DNA of 64,000 nucleotides from an uncultured Dehalococcoidia bacterium (lineage in GTDB: Bacteria > Chloroflexota > Dehalococcoidia > GIF9 > UBA5629): NCBI GenBank assembly GCA_937975645.1, contig CALJTV010000009.1, positions 24,850-88,849 of the forward strand, written 5' to 3'. Each line of letters opens with the position of its first letter. Position 1 is the first letter of the stretch. Shown here piece after piece: positions 38,405-47,703 of this stretch. A model generated the notes under the pieces. That model ran no database searches. It saw only the letters and a list, made by a program, of their open reading frames with translations, and was not told where the DNA came from. The position numbers and the translations under genes are program-made.

Positions 38405-38752
38405 TTACTTACTCTGGTTGGTGTCGCGCCATTCAATTTTTACTTTCTGTGCGTCGACGCCGCTTATTGAGACTCCATCGGATTTTACTATAATGGTGGC
38501 ATCGCTGGGTTTTAGTTTTATGGTTGTCTCTGTCCCTGTGGAGCTTATACTTATTTCACTCAAAGGAACTTTGAGCACAACGTCGGCCTTTTGGGATGGT
38601 AGTCCGGAAATCACTTTGCCATCTAAGTACATGGATACGCCTTCTAGCCGTACTGTCGTCCCAATTCCAGCAGCCTCACAGCTACAAACAAGGAGCAATG
38701 CCACGGCGGAAAGTATGAATGTGCAAACCTGCCCGGCCTTTTTTCTAGTCAT
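38405..38752 (-). CDS. small lipoprotein with internal beta-rich repeat, co-oriented directly upstream of uvrD
   Basis: Signal peptide and lipobox (LLLVCSC). Two similar halves (...VRLEGVSMYLDGKVISG... / ...IIVKSDGVSISGVDAQKV...). 6 nt before the uvrD start. Confidence 0.5.
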   Translation of the reverse strand: MTRKKAGQVCTFILSAVALLLVCSCEAAGIGTTVRLEGVSMYLDGKVISGLPSQKADVVLKVPLSEISISSTGTETTIKLKPSDATIIVKSDGVSISGVDAQKVKIEWRDTNQSK

Positions 38753-38938
38753 TTCTTAGCCTCCTTGGTTTTTGTTGCTGTCCTTGAAGTAAAGGAGCCA
38801 GTTTGAGTACGAATATCGAAGGACATTTCTATGCAGATTATAACATCACGGTTGAAGAGGTCTCAAAATCGGTTGTAACTTTACCGGAATCTGGTTTTTA
38901 CCTATAATGTTCACTACTTTTTGTTGTCGGCTCTGCTC

Positions 38939-39484
38939 ATGAGGAAACTGGTGGCAATAGTGGGTATGGCTGGTGCAGGTAAATCGGAAATAGCACGCAT
39001 ATTCGAGCAAGAAGGTTTTAAGCGGGTCCGGTTTGGCGACATTACTGACGAGGAGATCAAAAAGCATGGTCTGGAGCTGACAGAGGAAAACGAGCGTTTT
39101 GTCAGAGAACGATTGCGGAAAGAGCATGGCATGGCAGCTTATGCCAAACTGAATTTGGCTCGGATTGACGCTCTACTTGAAGTTTCAGATGTTGTTGTTG
39201 ATGGCCTCTATTCGTGGGAAGAATATGTGTTGCTAAAAAAACACTATGGAGACAGTCTCTATGTTGTGGCTGTATGGTCTTCACCGAAGACAAGATATGA
39301 AAGATTGACTCGAAGGTCGGTTCGTCCTCTTACAAAGGAGATGGCGGCTGAAAGGGATGTTACGGAGCTGGAAAACACCAACAAAGGCGGACCCATTGCC
39401 ATGGCTGATTTTACCGTTATCAATGAGTCCACACTCGAGAACTTGGCAGCAGAGGTGAAGAAAATCATCAGGATTTTGGAGTGA
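38939..39484 (+). CDS. P-loop nucleotide/nucleoside kinase-family protein (dephospho-CoA-kinase/adenylate-kinase-like)
   Basis: Walker A GMAGAGKS near the N-terminus. About 180 aa. Its stop overlaps the start of the dCMP deaminase gene. Confidence 0.55.
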   Translation: MRKLVAIVGMAGAGKSEIARIFEQEGFKRVRFGDITDEEIKKHGLELTEENERFVRERLRKEHGMAAYAKLNLARIDALLEVSDVVVDGLYSWEEYVLLKKHYGDSLYVVAVWSSPKTRYERLTRRSVRPLTKEMAAERDVTELENTNKGGPIAMADFTVINESTLENLAAEVKKIIRILE

Positions 39485-39963
39485 AAAAGTTGGCTCGCCC
39501 TGGTGTTGATGAATACTTTCTAAAAATAGCTTTAGTAGTGGCTGAGCGTTCGACTTGCCGCCGCCATCATGTCGGAGCGGTAGCAGTGAGGGACAAGCAC
39601 ATACTAGCTACCGGCTATAACGGTGCTCCTGCAGGGCTTAAGGATTGTCTGGAGCTTGGTTGTCTTCGAGATGAATTGAACATTCCGTCAGGTACAAGAC
39701 ATGAAGTGTGCCGTGGCATTCATGCTGAGCAAAATGTAATCATTCAGGCATCACTGCATGGTGTTAGTCTTGAAGGTGCAACAGTCTATTGTACACACAG
39801 CCCTTGTGTGCTTTGTGCCAAGATGCTCGTTAACGCTCGCATTAAGCGTTTCGTTACTTTTGGAAGGTACGCGGACGATGCCTTTTTGAAATTGTTCGGT
39901 GACGCCGACGTGGAGTTCGAAGTCAAAAAAAGACCTTCGTCTAGGATAACATATCTAGATTAA
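39481..39963 (+). CDS. dCMP (cytidine/deoxycytidylate) deaminase, zinc-binding
   Basis: Contains the HAEQNVI and CTHSPCVLCAKML zinc-ligand motifs. GTG start overlaps the upstream gene by 4 nt. Confidence 0.85.
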   Translation: MKKLARPGVDEYFLKIALVVAERSTCRRHHVGAVAVRDKHILATGYNGAPAGLKDCLELGCLRDELNIPSGTRHEVCRGIHAEQNVIIQASLHGVSLEGATVYCTHSPCVLCAKMLVNARIKRFVTFGRYADDAFLKLFGDADVEFEVKKRPSSRITYLD

Positions 39964-40016
39964 CTTGATGCTATCCGGTGAGCTAGAGGTTTTGGTGAGA
40001 CCGATGTCTTTTGTCC

Positions 40017-40298
40017 CTATTCTGTTTCGGGTCTTAGCACTATCAGTCTGGGGCCGTCTTCCGTGTCTCTGACATCAATAGTGACACCGTCCACAACGAA
40101 AGCTAGTTCAGCACCGACCAGTAGTACTTTGGAGCCCTCGTGCTCTACCACTTGGTCACCCTCAGCCTCTTTATCCAGGACTAGGGCGAGTTGACCACCT
40201 GGACCCAGCGCTAGCCTTAGTCCAACTTCTGGGTCGTCTGTATTTGCTAGCAGCGCTTCGAGCAACAGTTGCTTTGCCCCATTCGTTACTGTCAACAT
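40017..40298 (-). CDS. HesB/IscA-like fold protein lacking the conserved cysteines
   Basis: 93 aa. The pattern ...LTVTNGAKQLL...GLRLALGPGG... resembles A-type carrier proteins, but there are no Cys. It is the only ORF in an otherwise empty 560-bp gap. Confidence 0.45.
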   Translation of the reverse strand: MLTVTNGAKQLLLEALLANTDDPEVGLRLALGPGGQLALVLDKEAEGDQVVEHEGSKVLLVGAELAFVVDGVTIDVRDTEDGPRLIVLRPETE

Positions 40299-40525
40299 TT
40301 TTGTCCTCCTTAATCAAGCATCAGGGAATGAATTTCAGCACTTCACTCCAATAGCATTGTAACTCCATCTCAGCTGAGGTAACATACTCCTTTAGAGTTA
40401 TTATTGCAGCAAAAAAGGGGTTATTTTCAAAGGCAGTTAACTGGTTTCTTAAGCTTGCAAGATTCGGCTTGGCTTTGAAATGCCGCTAAAGTTCAACTAA
40501 AATTGGCAAAAAGGAGGTTTGTCGG

Positions 40526-41398
40526 ATGGAAATCAAAAAGGTCTGTATAGTGGGTGCGGGTACAATGGGGAGCGGAATTACTCAGGTGGTGGCGCAGGCT
40601 GGCTATAGGGCAACGATGGTCGATTTGAAGCAAGAACTGCTTGACAAGGGTGTATCTGCGATAAGAGAGAGTCTAGATAAGTTTGTGGCGAGAGGTAAGA
40701 TGCATCGGGAAAATATGGAGGCTGCTTTAGCCAACATCGAGACCACGACAGATCTGAAGGCTGCGGCTGTGGACGCAGACTATGTCATTGAAGCAGTCTT
40801 CGAGAGGGTTGAAATTAAAATGCCTCTGTTCCGGCAACTTGACGAGCTTTGTCCAGAGCATTCGGTCTTGGCATCCAATACATCAGGCATACCAATAGCC
40901 TTGCTTGCCTCGGTGACCAAGCGCCCCGATAGGGTGATCGGTATGCATTTTTTCAGTCCTGTGCCTCTCATGAGAGGGTTGGAAGTGGTCAGATCGCTTT
41001 TGACCTCGGAGGAGACGGTCAGAGTAAGTTTAGATTTCGGTAAATCCATTGGCAAGGAAGCCGTGGTAGTGAAGGACTCACCCGGGTTTGTTACTAACAG
41101 GATTATACCTCTAGTTATGAACGAAGCAGCCAAACTTTTGGAGGAGAACTTAGCCAGTATGGAAGATATTGACAAGATTGTCAGGCTCTCTTTCAATTGG
41201 CCCATGGGCCCATTTGAGCTGTGTGACCTAGTAGGCGTAGATGTGGCTGTTGATCTTCTAGAGGGTATATATCAGCAGACCGGATGGGAGCGATATAAGC
41301 CTGCCAGATTGCTCAAGAGGATGGTGGAGATAGGCTATCTGGGCCGAAAGGTAGGCAGGGGGTTCTATACTCTGTTCGCTGAGAAGCAAATACCCTAA
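40526..41398 (+). CDS. hbd: 3-hydroxyacyl-CoA (3-hydroxybutyryl-CoA) dehydrogenase
   Basis: Rossmann motif VCIVGAGTMGSGI plus a C-terminal 3HCDH domain. 290 aa. Confidence 0.9.
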   Translation: MEIKKVCIVGAGTMGSGITQVVAQAGYRATMVDLKQELLDKGVSAIRESLDKFVARGKMHRENMEAALANIETTTDLKAAAVDADYVIEAVFERVEIKMPLFRQLDELCPEHSVLASNTSGIPIALLASVTKRPDRVIGMHFFSPVPLMRGLEVVRSLLTSEETVRVSLDFGKSIGKEAVVVKDSPGFVTNRIIPLVMNEAAKLLEENLASMEDIDKIVRLSFNWPMGPFELCDLVGVDVAVDLLEGIYQQTGWERYKPARLLKRMVEIGYLGRKVGRGFYTLFAEKQIP

Positions 41399-41433
41399 AG
41401 TTGCGGAGAAACTGAGCATTAGAGAATGGTATT

Positions 41434-42450
41434 CTAGCGAGCAAACCTTCGCGTTGGTGGTTTGTCGCCGACACGGTTTCTCAGAATACCTATACCTTCT
41501 ACTTCCAATTCAATAACGTCGCCCGGCTGCAGCCAGCGGTTCAGTTCAGCGCCACAGCCCCTTTCCACAGTCCCTGAACCTAAGAAATCACCAGGATGTA
41601 AAGTCTCCTCCCAGGAGGCAAACTCGATAATATGTGCCCATGTCCAGTAGCTGGTGCCGCTGTTACCCTCCGACCATACTTCGCCATTGACCCGTGCTAC
41701 CATTCTTAGATTGGAAGGATCTATTTCGTCTGGTGTCACTAGGCACGGCCCCATAACGCTACAAAAGTCCTTCCCTTTGGCTGGTCCTAAGCGGGCTGTC
41801 ATCTCGAGTGCCTGAATGTCTCTAGCACTTATATCGTTAAAAATGGTATATCCGGCAATATATTCTACCGCTTGCTCTCGAGGGATGTTTTTCCCCTTTT
41901 TCCCGATATAAATGCCATATTCTAGTTCGTAGTCCAAGAGGTCTGTATAGCTGGGCCAGGGGATGACATCCTCCGGTCCGATAACTGTATCAGGATTACC
42001 TTTATAACAGACCGGCATTTGGTACCATGCTTCAGCCAGCTCCCTTTGTCCTGAAAAGCTAGCATGTCCCTCGAAGGCAAGATAGTCGCGGATTGAATTA
42101 GGTCGTGGTACCGGTGCCTTCAGTTTGACCTCGTCCATAGTGAAGGTCAGCCTTTCGCCGTTAGGTCCGAAAACGGTACCTTTTGCTAGTTGGCGGACGA
42201 CAAAATCGATCGCCACTGCGGCTGCTTCCTTTCCTTCCCTTCCGCTGTTGAAAAAGGCAACCATATCTGGTGGCAATATGAGAGAAGCTATTTCGCGGGC
42301 GCGATTTGCATCATATTTGGTGGCGAGGTAACAGGCGTAGGCGAAATTGAGGTCTATGATCGTTCGTTCACCTTTAAGAGCACCGATCCGCTGCATCCGC
42401 CCCACGACTGTGGTAACCTCGAATGTTACTAGTTTCATACGCGCCTCCAC
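41434..42450 (-). CDS. fumarylacetoacetate hydrolase (FAH) family protein, longer paralogue
   Basis: FAH-fold conserved blocks (GYTIFNDISARD ... GDFLGSGT). 338 aa. Confidence 0.8.
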   Translation of the reverse strand: MEARMKLVTFEVTTVVGRMQRIGALKGERTIIDLNFAYACYLATKYDANRAREIASLILPPDMVAFFNSGREGKEAAAVAIDFVVRQLAKGTVFGPNGERLTFTMDEVKLKAPVPRPNSIRDYLAFEGHASFSGQRELAEAWYQMPVCYKGNPDTVIGPEDVIPWPSYTDLLDYELEYGIYIGKKGKNIPREQAVEYIAGYTIFNDISARDIQALEMTARLGPAKGKDFCSVMGPCLVTPDEIDPSNLRMVARVNGEVWSEGNSGTSYWTWAHIIEFASWEETLHPGDFLGSGTVERGCGAELNRWLQPGDVIELEVEGIGILRNRVGDKPPTRRFAR

Positions 42451-42691
42451 GCTTTAATTATGGAGAGCTTAACAAACCCGGCTGCTGGTTGACAAGATTA
42501 AATTTTCCTGAACATTTTGCCTGATGGTGAGTTGAGGATAGAGGTATAGTCGGCTACAATCAAGGTAGTTTGGTAATTGCTAACTTCGGTGAAGTGTATT
42601 TGGCTGGCTTGTTTTTCTAGGTGGGTTCCCTTTATTCTAAGCAGATGCAGTCGATAGTCGATGGAATTAATCTTCTCGCAGAGGTGAAAAA

Positions 42692-42901
42692 ATGAGAGAA
42701 TGCAGTATGGAGAGCAACAGGTTGCAATGCAATTGTACCTATGAGCTTTGTCCCAGGAAAGGCATTTGCTGTGAATGTGTGAAATATCACCGCCAAGCTG
42801 GAGAATTACCAGCATGTTATTTCCCGCCCGAGGTGGAACGGACTTATGATCGTTCTATCAACAGGTTTATCGCTACACATGGCGGGCGAGCCAAACTATA
42901 A
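42692..42901 (+). CDS. small cysteine-rich protein (about 69 aa, CxC...CPxxGxCCxCV...H pattern)
   Basis: Seven Cys in 30 residues. An RBS-like GAGGTG lies upstream. Conservation is unknown; recalled as DUF-type cytosolic Cys-rich proteins. Confidence 0.4.
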   Translation: MRECSMESNRLQCNCTYELCPRKGICCECVKYHRQAGELPACYFPPEVERTYDRSINRFIATHGGRAKL

Positions 42902-42942
42902 TTGCTGTCGGGCTTACAATATCGCTTGAAAGTCTAGGGCGA

Positions 42943-43476
42943 TCATCCTCTTTGCTCTCTAATGCTATAGATGCAACCACAATAGTTCTGTCGGTAAATT
43001 CCTTGCTCTTTGGCTATTTGTATGGCTCGTTTGAACCCTTCGTGCTTCTTGAAATCGTGCACAAGGAACCGGTCACTGCTGATGCCTATCCCTATTTTGT
43101 TTACTACAGACGCTTTCTTGTGCGGACTTACAGTCAAGGTGGTGGTGAAAAAATCTGCGCCACAATGCAGCATGTGATGGTATGTTCTTTCCAGCCGCAA
43201 ACGGTAGCAGATCTCGCATCTTTTACCACCTTCCGGTTCATCCATGAGCAAGCTTGTCTTTTCGAACCATTCTTCGGGTGAATAAGGTGCTACATCCAAG
43301 TGAAATTGAAAAAGCTTGGCGATGTGGTGTACAGCTTGGAGCCTTTTGTGGAATTCAGCCTCAGGATAAATGTTAGGGTTGAAGAAAAACCCGGTGATCT
43401 TGTATCCTTCGTTTAGCAATACAGTAATTGCACCGGCAGCGCAAACTCCGCAGCATATGTGCAGCACCACTTTCAT
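42943..43476 (-). CDS. queH: epoxyqueuosine reductase QueH (DUF208)
   Basis: Begins MKVVLHICCGVC... and ends ...CGCIYS, the Cys pattern characteristic of QueH. Confidence 0.85.
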   Translation of the reverse strand: MKVVLHICCGVCAAGAITVLLNEGYKITGFFFNPNIYPEAEFHKRLQAVHHIAKLFQFHLDVAPYSPEEWFEKTSLLMDEPEGGKRCEICYRLRLERTYHHMLHCGADFFTTTLTVSPHKKASVVNKIGIGISSDRFLVHDFKKHEGFKRAIQIAKEQGIYRQNYCGCIYSIREQRG

Positions 43477-43655
43477 CTGTCTCGTTTGCTCTTTTGTTAC
43501 ATCGGTCTGGTTGCACTATAGCATGGTTAAGATTCTGGGTTCAAGTGGTACAAACTTCCGTTCAAACTAGGTGGCTAAGCCGGTTTTCCAAGTGCGTTGG
43601 GATCATATTGGAGAAAAGGGGCTATAGAGGTTGATGCTTAGTCACGAGATGGTAG

Positions 43656-43705
43656 CCTCTATTCTCTCCTGCTGTAGTATCCTCTATTCTCTCCTGCTGT
43701 AGTAT
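43656..43705. repeat. perfect 25-bp tandem duplication (CCTCTATTCTCTCCTGCTGTAGTAT x2); the second copy creates or joins a TATAAT -10 box
   Basis: Read directly: 43656-43680 equals 43681-43705. Located 108 bp upstream of the malic enzyme start. Confidence 0.9.
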
Positions 43706-43812
43706 AATGTAGGTAGCTGAGTTTATCGAAAACTCGGGTTGATAAGGTTAGTCAAATATATGTTCAAGGACAGATTGTGCTGTTGAATTAATGCCTCAGG
43801 AGGAAACTTGAC

Positions 43813-45195
43813 ATGGCAGGTAACAGCTACGAGATTTCTAGGACATTACGGTGCAAGAACCTCAACGTACCGGGAACTTTAAGCAAGCTAACATCAGCAA
43901 TTGCTAAAGTTGGCGGGAATATCGGGAATATCACCACCGTACATTTGGGGCACCACTACACAGTTCGGGATATCGAGGTGTTTGTAAGCAGCAGGGAGCT
44001 GCTTGCTGATCTACTGAATGAGATATCGAAGCTAAAAGAAGTGACGATATTGGAGGTCAGGGATAGTATACTTGATTTCCACGAAGGCGGAAAGATCAGG
44101 ATGGTCAATGCTGTGTCTATTAACTCGCTGGACGATCTACGAAAGGTATACACACCAGGAGTGGCTGAGGTTTGTAGCCTGATCAAAGAGAATCTGGCTT
44201 GGAAGGACAAGTATACCAGCATCCCGTATTCGGTAGCCATTGTTACCGATGGGACTGCAGTCCTAGGGTTGGGGGATATCGGACCTCTTGCCGGAATGCC
44301 TGTCATGGAAGGAAAGGCAGCGTTGATCTACCATCTGACCGGCGTAAGCATGGTGCCCATTTTACTCGACACAACTGATCCTGATGAGATCGTTAATATC
44401 ATTAAGCGCATCGCTATCACGTTCAGTGGTATACAACTTGAGGACATATCCTCGCCGCGCTGTTTCGTCATCCAGCAGAAGTTAGAGCAAGTGCTTGATG
44501 TCCCAATCATGCATGATGACCAACAAGGGACCGGTGTTGTTGTATTGGCAGCTTTGATCAATGCTTGCAAGATCACCGGTATTTCCCTTGAAAAAGCAAA
44601 GGTGGGCCTGATAGGTCTAGGTGCCGCCGGTATGTGTATCGGGGATTTCCTGCTACAGTATACAGGCAATCCGCCGTTGGGTACGGCGAGGACTGAAGCG
44701 ACTATCAAACGCTATGCTGACCGGGGGGGTATCCCTTCCACATTGAAAGAAATCATGGAAAAAGCCGATATTGTTGTTGCTACTTCGACTGTTTCCGGAC
44801 TGATTGAACCAAGCATGGTCAGGAAAGGGCAGATCATTTTCGCGCTATCAAACCCTGTTCCAGAGATTGAACCACAGCTTGCCCTTGCTGCTGGCGCTGC
44901 TCTGGCTGCTGATGGGAAGACGATAAATAACTTGCTTGCCTATCCTGGCATATGGCGGGGGGTGTTGGATGCTAAAGCTAGGCGGATTAACTTTGAAATG
45001 TATAAAGCGGCTGCTATCGCTATCGCCAGCTCTGCAAGTGAGGGCGAACTAGTGCCGAGCCCGTTAGAGCCCAAAGTGCACCTAGCGGTGACTCACAGTG
45101 TTGCTAAAGCAGCTATGGAAACAGGCGTAGCTCAGAGAGAGCTGGACAACGACTATTTTGAAAACACCAACATTAAAGAACCGCTCTGGAGCTGA
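43813..45195 (+). CDS. malic enzyme (oxaloacetate-decarboxylating malate dehydrogenase) with N-terminal ACT regulatory domain
   Basis: N-terminal stretch of about 80 aa is ACT-like (NVPGTLSKLTSAIAKVGGNIGNI), followed by malic-enzyme N and NAD-binding domains (GLGDIGP...GAAGMCIG). Confidence 0.85.
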   Translation: MAGNSYEISRTLRCKNLNVPGTLSKLTSAIAKVGGNIGNITTVHLGHHYTVRDIEVFVSSRELLADLLNEISKLKEVTILEVRDSILDFHEGGKIRMVNAVSINSLDDLRKVYTPGVAEVCSLIKENLAWKDKYTSIPYSVAIVTDGTAVLGLGDIGPLAGMPVMEGKAALIYHLTGVSMVPILLDTTDPDEIVNIIKRIAITFSGIQLEDISSPRCFVIQQKLEQVLDVPIMHDDQQGTGVVVLAALINACKITGISLEKAKVGLIGLGAAGMCIGDFLLQYTGNPPLGTARTEATIKRYADRGGIPSTLKEIMEKADIVVATSTVSGLIEPSMVRKGQIIFALSNPVPEIEPQLALAAGAALAADGKTINNLLAYPGIWRGVLDAKARRINFEMYKAAAIAIASSASEGELVPSPLEPKVHLAVTHSVAKAAMETGVAQRELDNDYFENTNIKEPLWS

Positions 45196-45280
45196 TTGGT
45201 TCCTTAGGCTTTTGCGTCAATGGACTCCTTCTATATGGATCCATATTCGGTGGCATGGTTGACCATTTTGGTATGTGCAC

Positions 45281-46381
45281 TCAAATATTGAACAGGAATG
45301 TGATAATGTCGCCGTCCTCGACAATGTAGTTCTTACCTTCCATTCTGAGGAGACCCTGTCTACGGGCTTCGGCGAGGCTACCACATCTGTGCAGGTCTGT
45401 GAAGCTCAATACTTCTGCCTTGATAAACCCCTTTTCTATGTCTGAATGTATCTTGCCAGCGGCTTTCAAGGCAGTAGTACCTTTGGGAATTGCCCATGCT
45501 CTTAGGTCATCTGAGACAATGGTGAAAAAAGAGACCAGTCCTAATAACTCGTATGAAGCCCTAACTATACGGTCAAGTGCCGGTTCGCTCAGACCCATGG
45601 CAGTACGGAATTCCCTGGCTTCGCTTTCGTTCAACTGGGTCAGCTCCATTTCCAGCTTACCGCAGATTGCCAGAATCCGGAAGTGTGTCTTGGGGTAGCG
45701 GCGGCAGAGCTCAGCCTCTATGGTCGAGCACTGGGTTATTTGACTTTCGTCAATGTTGACCACCACGAGCACAGGCTTGGCAGTTAAGAACTGAAAGTTG
45801 GCGAGATTGCGCATTTCCTCCGGGGTCAGCTCCTGCTCCCAGATCGGTCTTTCCTTTTCCAGACATTCTTTGACTTTGTGCAGAAGTGCTTGCTCCTTGA
45901 CAATTAAGTCGCGCTCTTGTGGCTTTGCACCTTTTAGAATCTCCTGGATTCGCTGTAATCTTCGTTCGATTATTGATAGGTCCGAAAAAATTAATTCGAG
46001 ATTTAGTGTTGCTATGTCCCGTTCTGGGTCGACGCTCCCTTCTATGTGGGGAATACGGTCGTCTTTAAATGCCCTTACCACGTGAAGCAATGCATCAGCC
46101 TTGCTTAGATAGTTCAGTAACTGACCTCCAATACCTTCAGTTTTGCCCAAGCCTTTTGTGAGACCTGCAATGTCGACGTATCGTATTTCGGCAGAGGTGA
46201 CCTTCTTTGGATGGAAAATTCTCTCTAGAACCTCCAGCCTTGGTTCAGGTACTTTAGCTATACCAATGTTAGTGGTTAGCTTTGTTGGTATGGAAGGTTC
46301 GGTGGTTATACTGCGTCTAGTTAAGGCATTAAATATAGTGGTCTTGCCACTTTTGGGTAGACCGATGATGCCGATCTCCAA
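45281..46381 (-). CDS. ychF: ribosome-binding ATPase YchF
   Basis: MEIGIIGLPKSGKTTIFNALT G1 motif, TGS C-terminal domain, 366 aa. Confidence 0.9.
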   Translation of the reverse strand: MEIGIIGLPKSGKTTIFNALTRRSITTEPSIPTKLTTNIGIAKVPEPRLEVLERIFHPKKVTSAEIRYVDIAGLTKGLGKTEGIGGQLLNYLSKADALLHVVRAFKDDRIPHIEGSVDPERDIATLNLELIFSDLSIIERRLQRIQEILKGAKPQERDLIVKEQALLHKVKECLEKERPIWEQELTPEEMRNLANFQFLTAKPVLVVVNIDESQITQCSTIEAELCRRYPKTHFRILAICGKLEMELTQLNESEAREFRTAMGLSEPALDRIVRASYELLGLVSFFTIVSDDLRAWAIPKGTTALKAAGKIHSDIEKGFIKAEVLSFTDLHRCGSLAEARRQGLLRMEGKNYIVEDGDIITFLFNI

Positions 46382-46511
46382 GTGTAACTCCCACTTCTCA
46401 ATATAGGGCAGATGCGACGAAAATGCAAGGTTTCTGTCTTATAACTTGTTGTAGCTATGCAGGACGATGTGCTATAATGTGGCAAATTGTTTGTCTGTTT
46501 ATAGAGCTACG

Positions 46512-46799
46512 ATGGCATATTATGAACTTGTGATTATACTCAGCCCTGAGTTGGCGGATGACGGGGTGCATGGATTTATAGATAGGCTTAAAGGGCTAGT
46601 TAGTAGTGTTGGTGGGAGCGTAGAGGAGACGGTTGAATGGGGAAAACGGAGACTAGCTTATCCGATAAAGCGGCGTACCGAGGCTAATTATGTGCTTGCT
46701 AAGGTTAACCTTCAGCCATCGTTGACCAAGGAGTTGGAAAATAGTCTCAGGTTAAGGGAAGAGGTTTTGCGCCATCTGCTGGTGAAAGTCGATAAGTAG
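46512..46799 (+). CDS. rpsF: 30S ribosomal protein S6
   Basis: Begins MAYYELVIILSP..., S6 length. Promoter-like TATAAT upstream. Confidence 0.9.
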   Translation: MAYYELVIILSPELADDGVHGFIDRLKGLVSSVGGSVEETVEWGKRRLAYPIKRRTEANYVLAKVNLQPSLTKELENSLRLREEVLRHLLVKVDK

Positions 46800-46812
46800 C
46801 CTGGGGGTTGGG

Positions 46813-47223
46813 ATGGTAAGTCTAAACAAGATCATATTGATAGGTAATGTAGGTACTGATCCTGAGATGCGTTTTACACCGAGTGGCAATCCTGTTACCT
46901 CATTTCGCCTGGCGACCAACCGTGTCTATACTACTGCCGACGGCGAAAGGAAGCAGGAGACTGAGTGGTTTACTATTGTCACTTGGCGAAAGCAGGCTGA
47001 AAGCTGTAACCAGTTTCTTACCAAAGGACAACGGGTATACGTGGAGGGTAGCTTGCGGACCCGTGCCTGGGAGGGTCGAGATGGGCAAAGGCGGGTGACT
47101 GCTGAAGTTATAGCCAGCAGGGTTTTGTTTCTAGATAGACAGACTGTTGCATCTCTTCCCGGGGATGAGCTGCCGAATGATATGATTAGCGAAGAGGTTG
47201 AGCCGGAAGACCTGCCTTTTTGA
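46813..47223 (+). CDS. ssb: single-stranded DNA-binding protein
   Basis: OB-fold (NKIILIGNVGTDPEMRFTPSGNPVTSFRLATN) and acidic C-terminal tail ending DLPF. Confidence 0.9.
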   Translation: MVSLNKIILIGNVGTDPEMRFTPSGNPVTSFRLATNRVYTTADGERKQETEWFTIVTWRKQAESCNQFLTKGQRVYVEGSLRTRAWEGRDGQRRVTAEVIASRVLFLDRQTVASLPGDELPNDMISEEVEPEDLPF

Positions 47224-47250
47224 ACTGCTAGTGGAAAGCGAGGCTGAATA

Positions 47251-47541
47251 ATGAGTGAAACAGAAGGCGCAGTTAAGGAAGTAAAAGAGAAGGGAAGGCG
47301 TTTTGTTTTTAAGCCAAAGGTCTGCCCCTTTTGTAGGGAAAAGGTTGAAATAGATTATAAAGATATTTCCAGATTACAACGTTATATCTCCAACAGGGCA
47401 AAGATTGAGGGACGCCGGCGGACTGGGGCTTGTGCCAAGCACCAGCGAAAGTTGGCTCTGGCGATAAAGAGGGCTCGTTTTTTGGCTTTATTACCCTATA
47501 CTCCAGAACATCTTCGCCCGAGCGATATCTCGGAAGGGTAA
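47251..47541 (+). CDS. rpsR: 30S ribosomal protein S18
   Basis: Contains [23 protein letters not shown]...[14 protein letters not shown]. Confidence 0.85.
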   Translation: MSETEGAVKEVKEKGRRFVFKPKVCPFCREKVEIDYKDISRLQRYISNRAKIEGRRRTGACAKHQRKLALAIKRARFLALLPYTPEHLRPSDISEG

Positions 47542-47558
47542 CAGACAAGTGGTTTATT

Positions 47559-47699
47559 ATGCCTAAGAGGACATATCAGCCTAAAAGGATGGCGAGGAAA
47601 CGCAAGCATGGTTTCCGGGCGAGGATATCTGCCCGTGGTGGGCGACGGGTTTTAAAAGCGCGGCGTCTTAAGGGAAGGTGGGAACTTACTCCTGTCTAA
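47559..47699 (+). CDS. rpmH: 50S ribosomal protein L34
   Basis: [40 protein letters not shown]. Start is the internal ATG at 47559 of ORF 47430..47699. Confidence 0.9.
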   Translation: MPKRTYQPKRMARKRKHGFRARISARGGRRVLKARRLKGRWELTPV

Positions 47700-47703
47700 C
47701 ACT

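Noticed and set aside
42498-42815. Minus-strand 105-aa ORF overlapping the small Cys-rich ORF region.
   Set aside because: It has no RBS and no recognisable features. The region on the plus strand has a better candidate, and it also overlaps the divergent promoter region.
43656-43705. Tandem direct repeats considered as a possible CRISPR array.
   Set aside because: Only two contiguous 25-bp copies with no spacers and no cas genes nearby. It is a simple tandem duplication.
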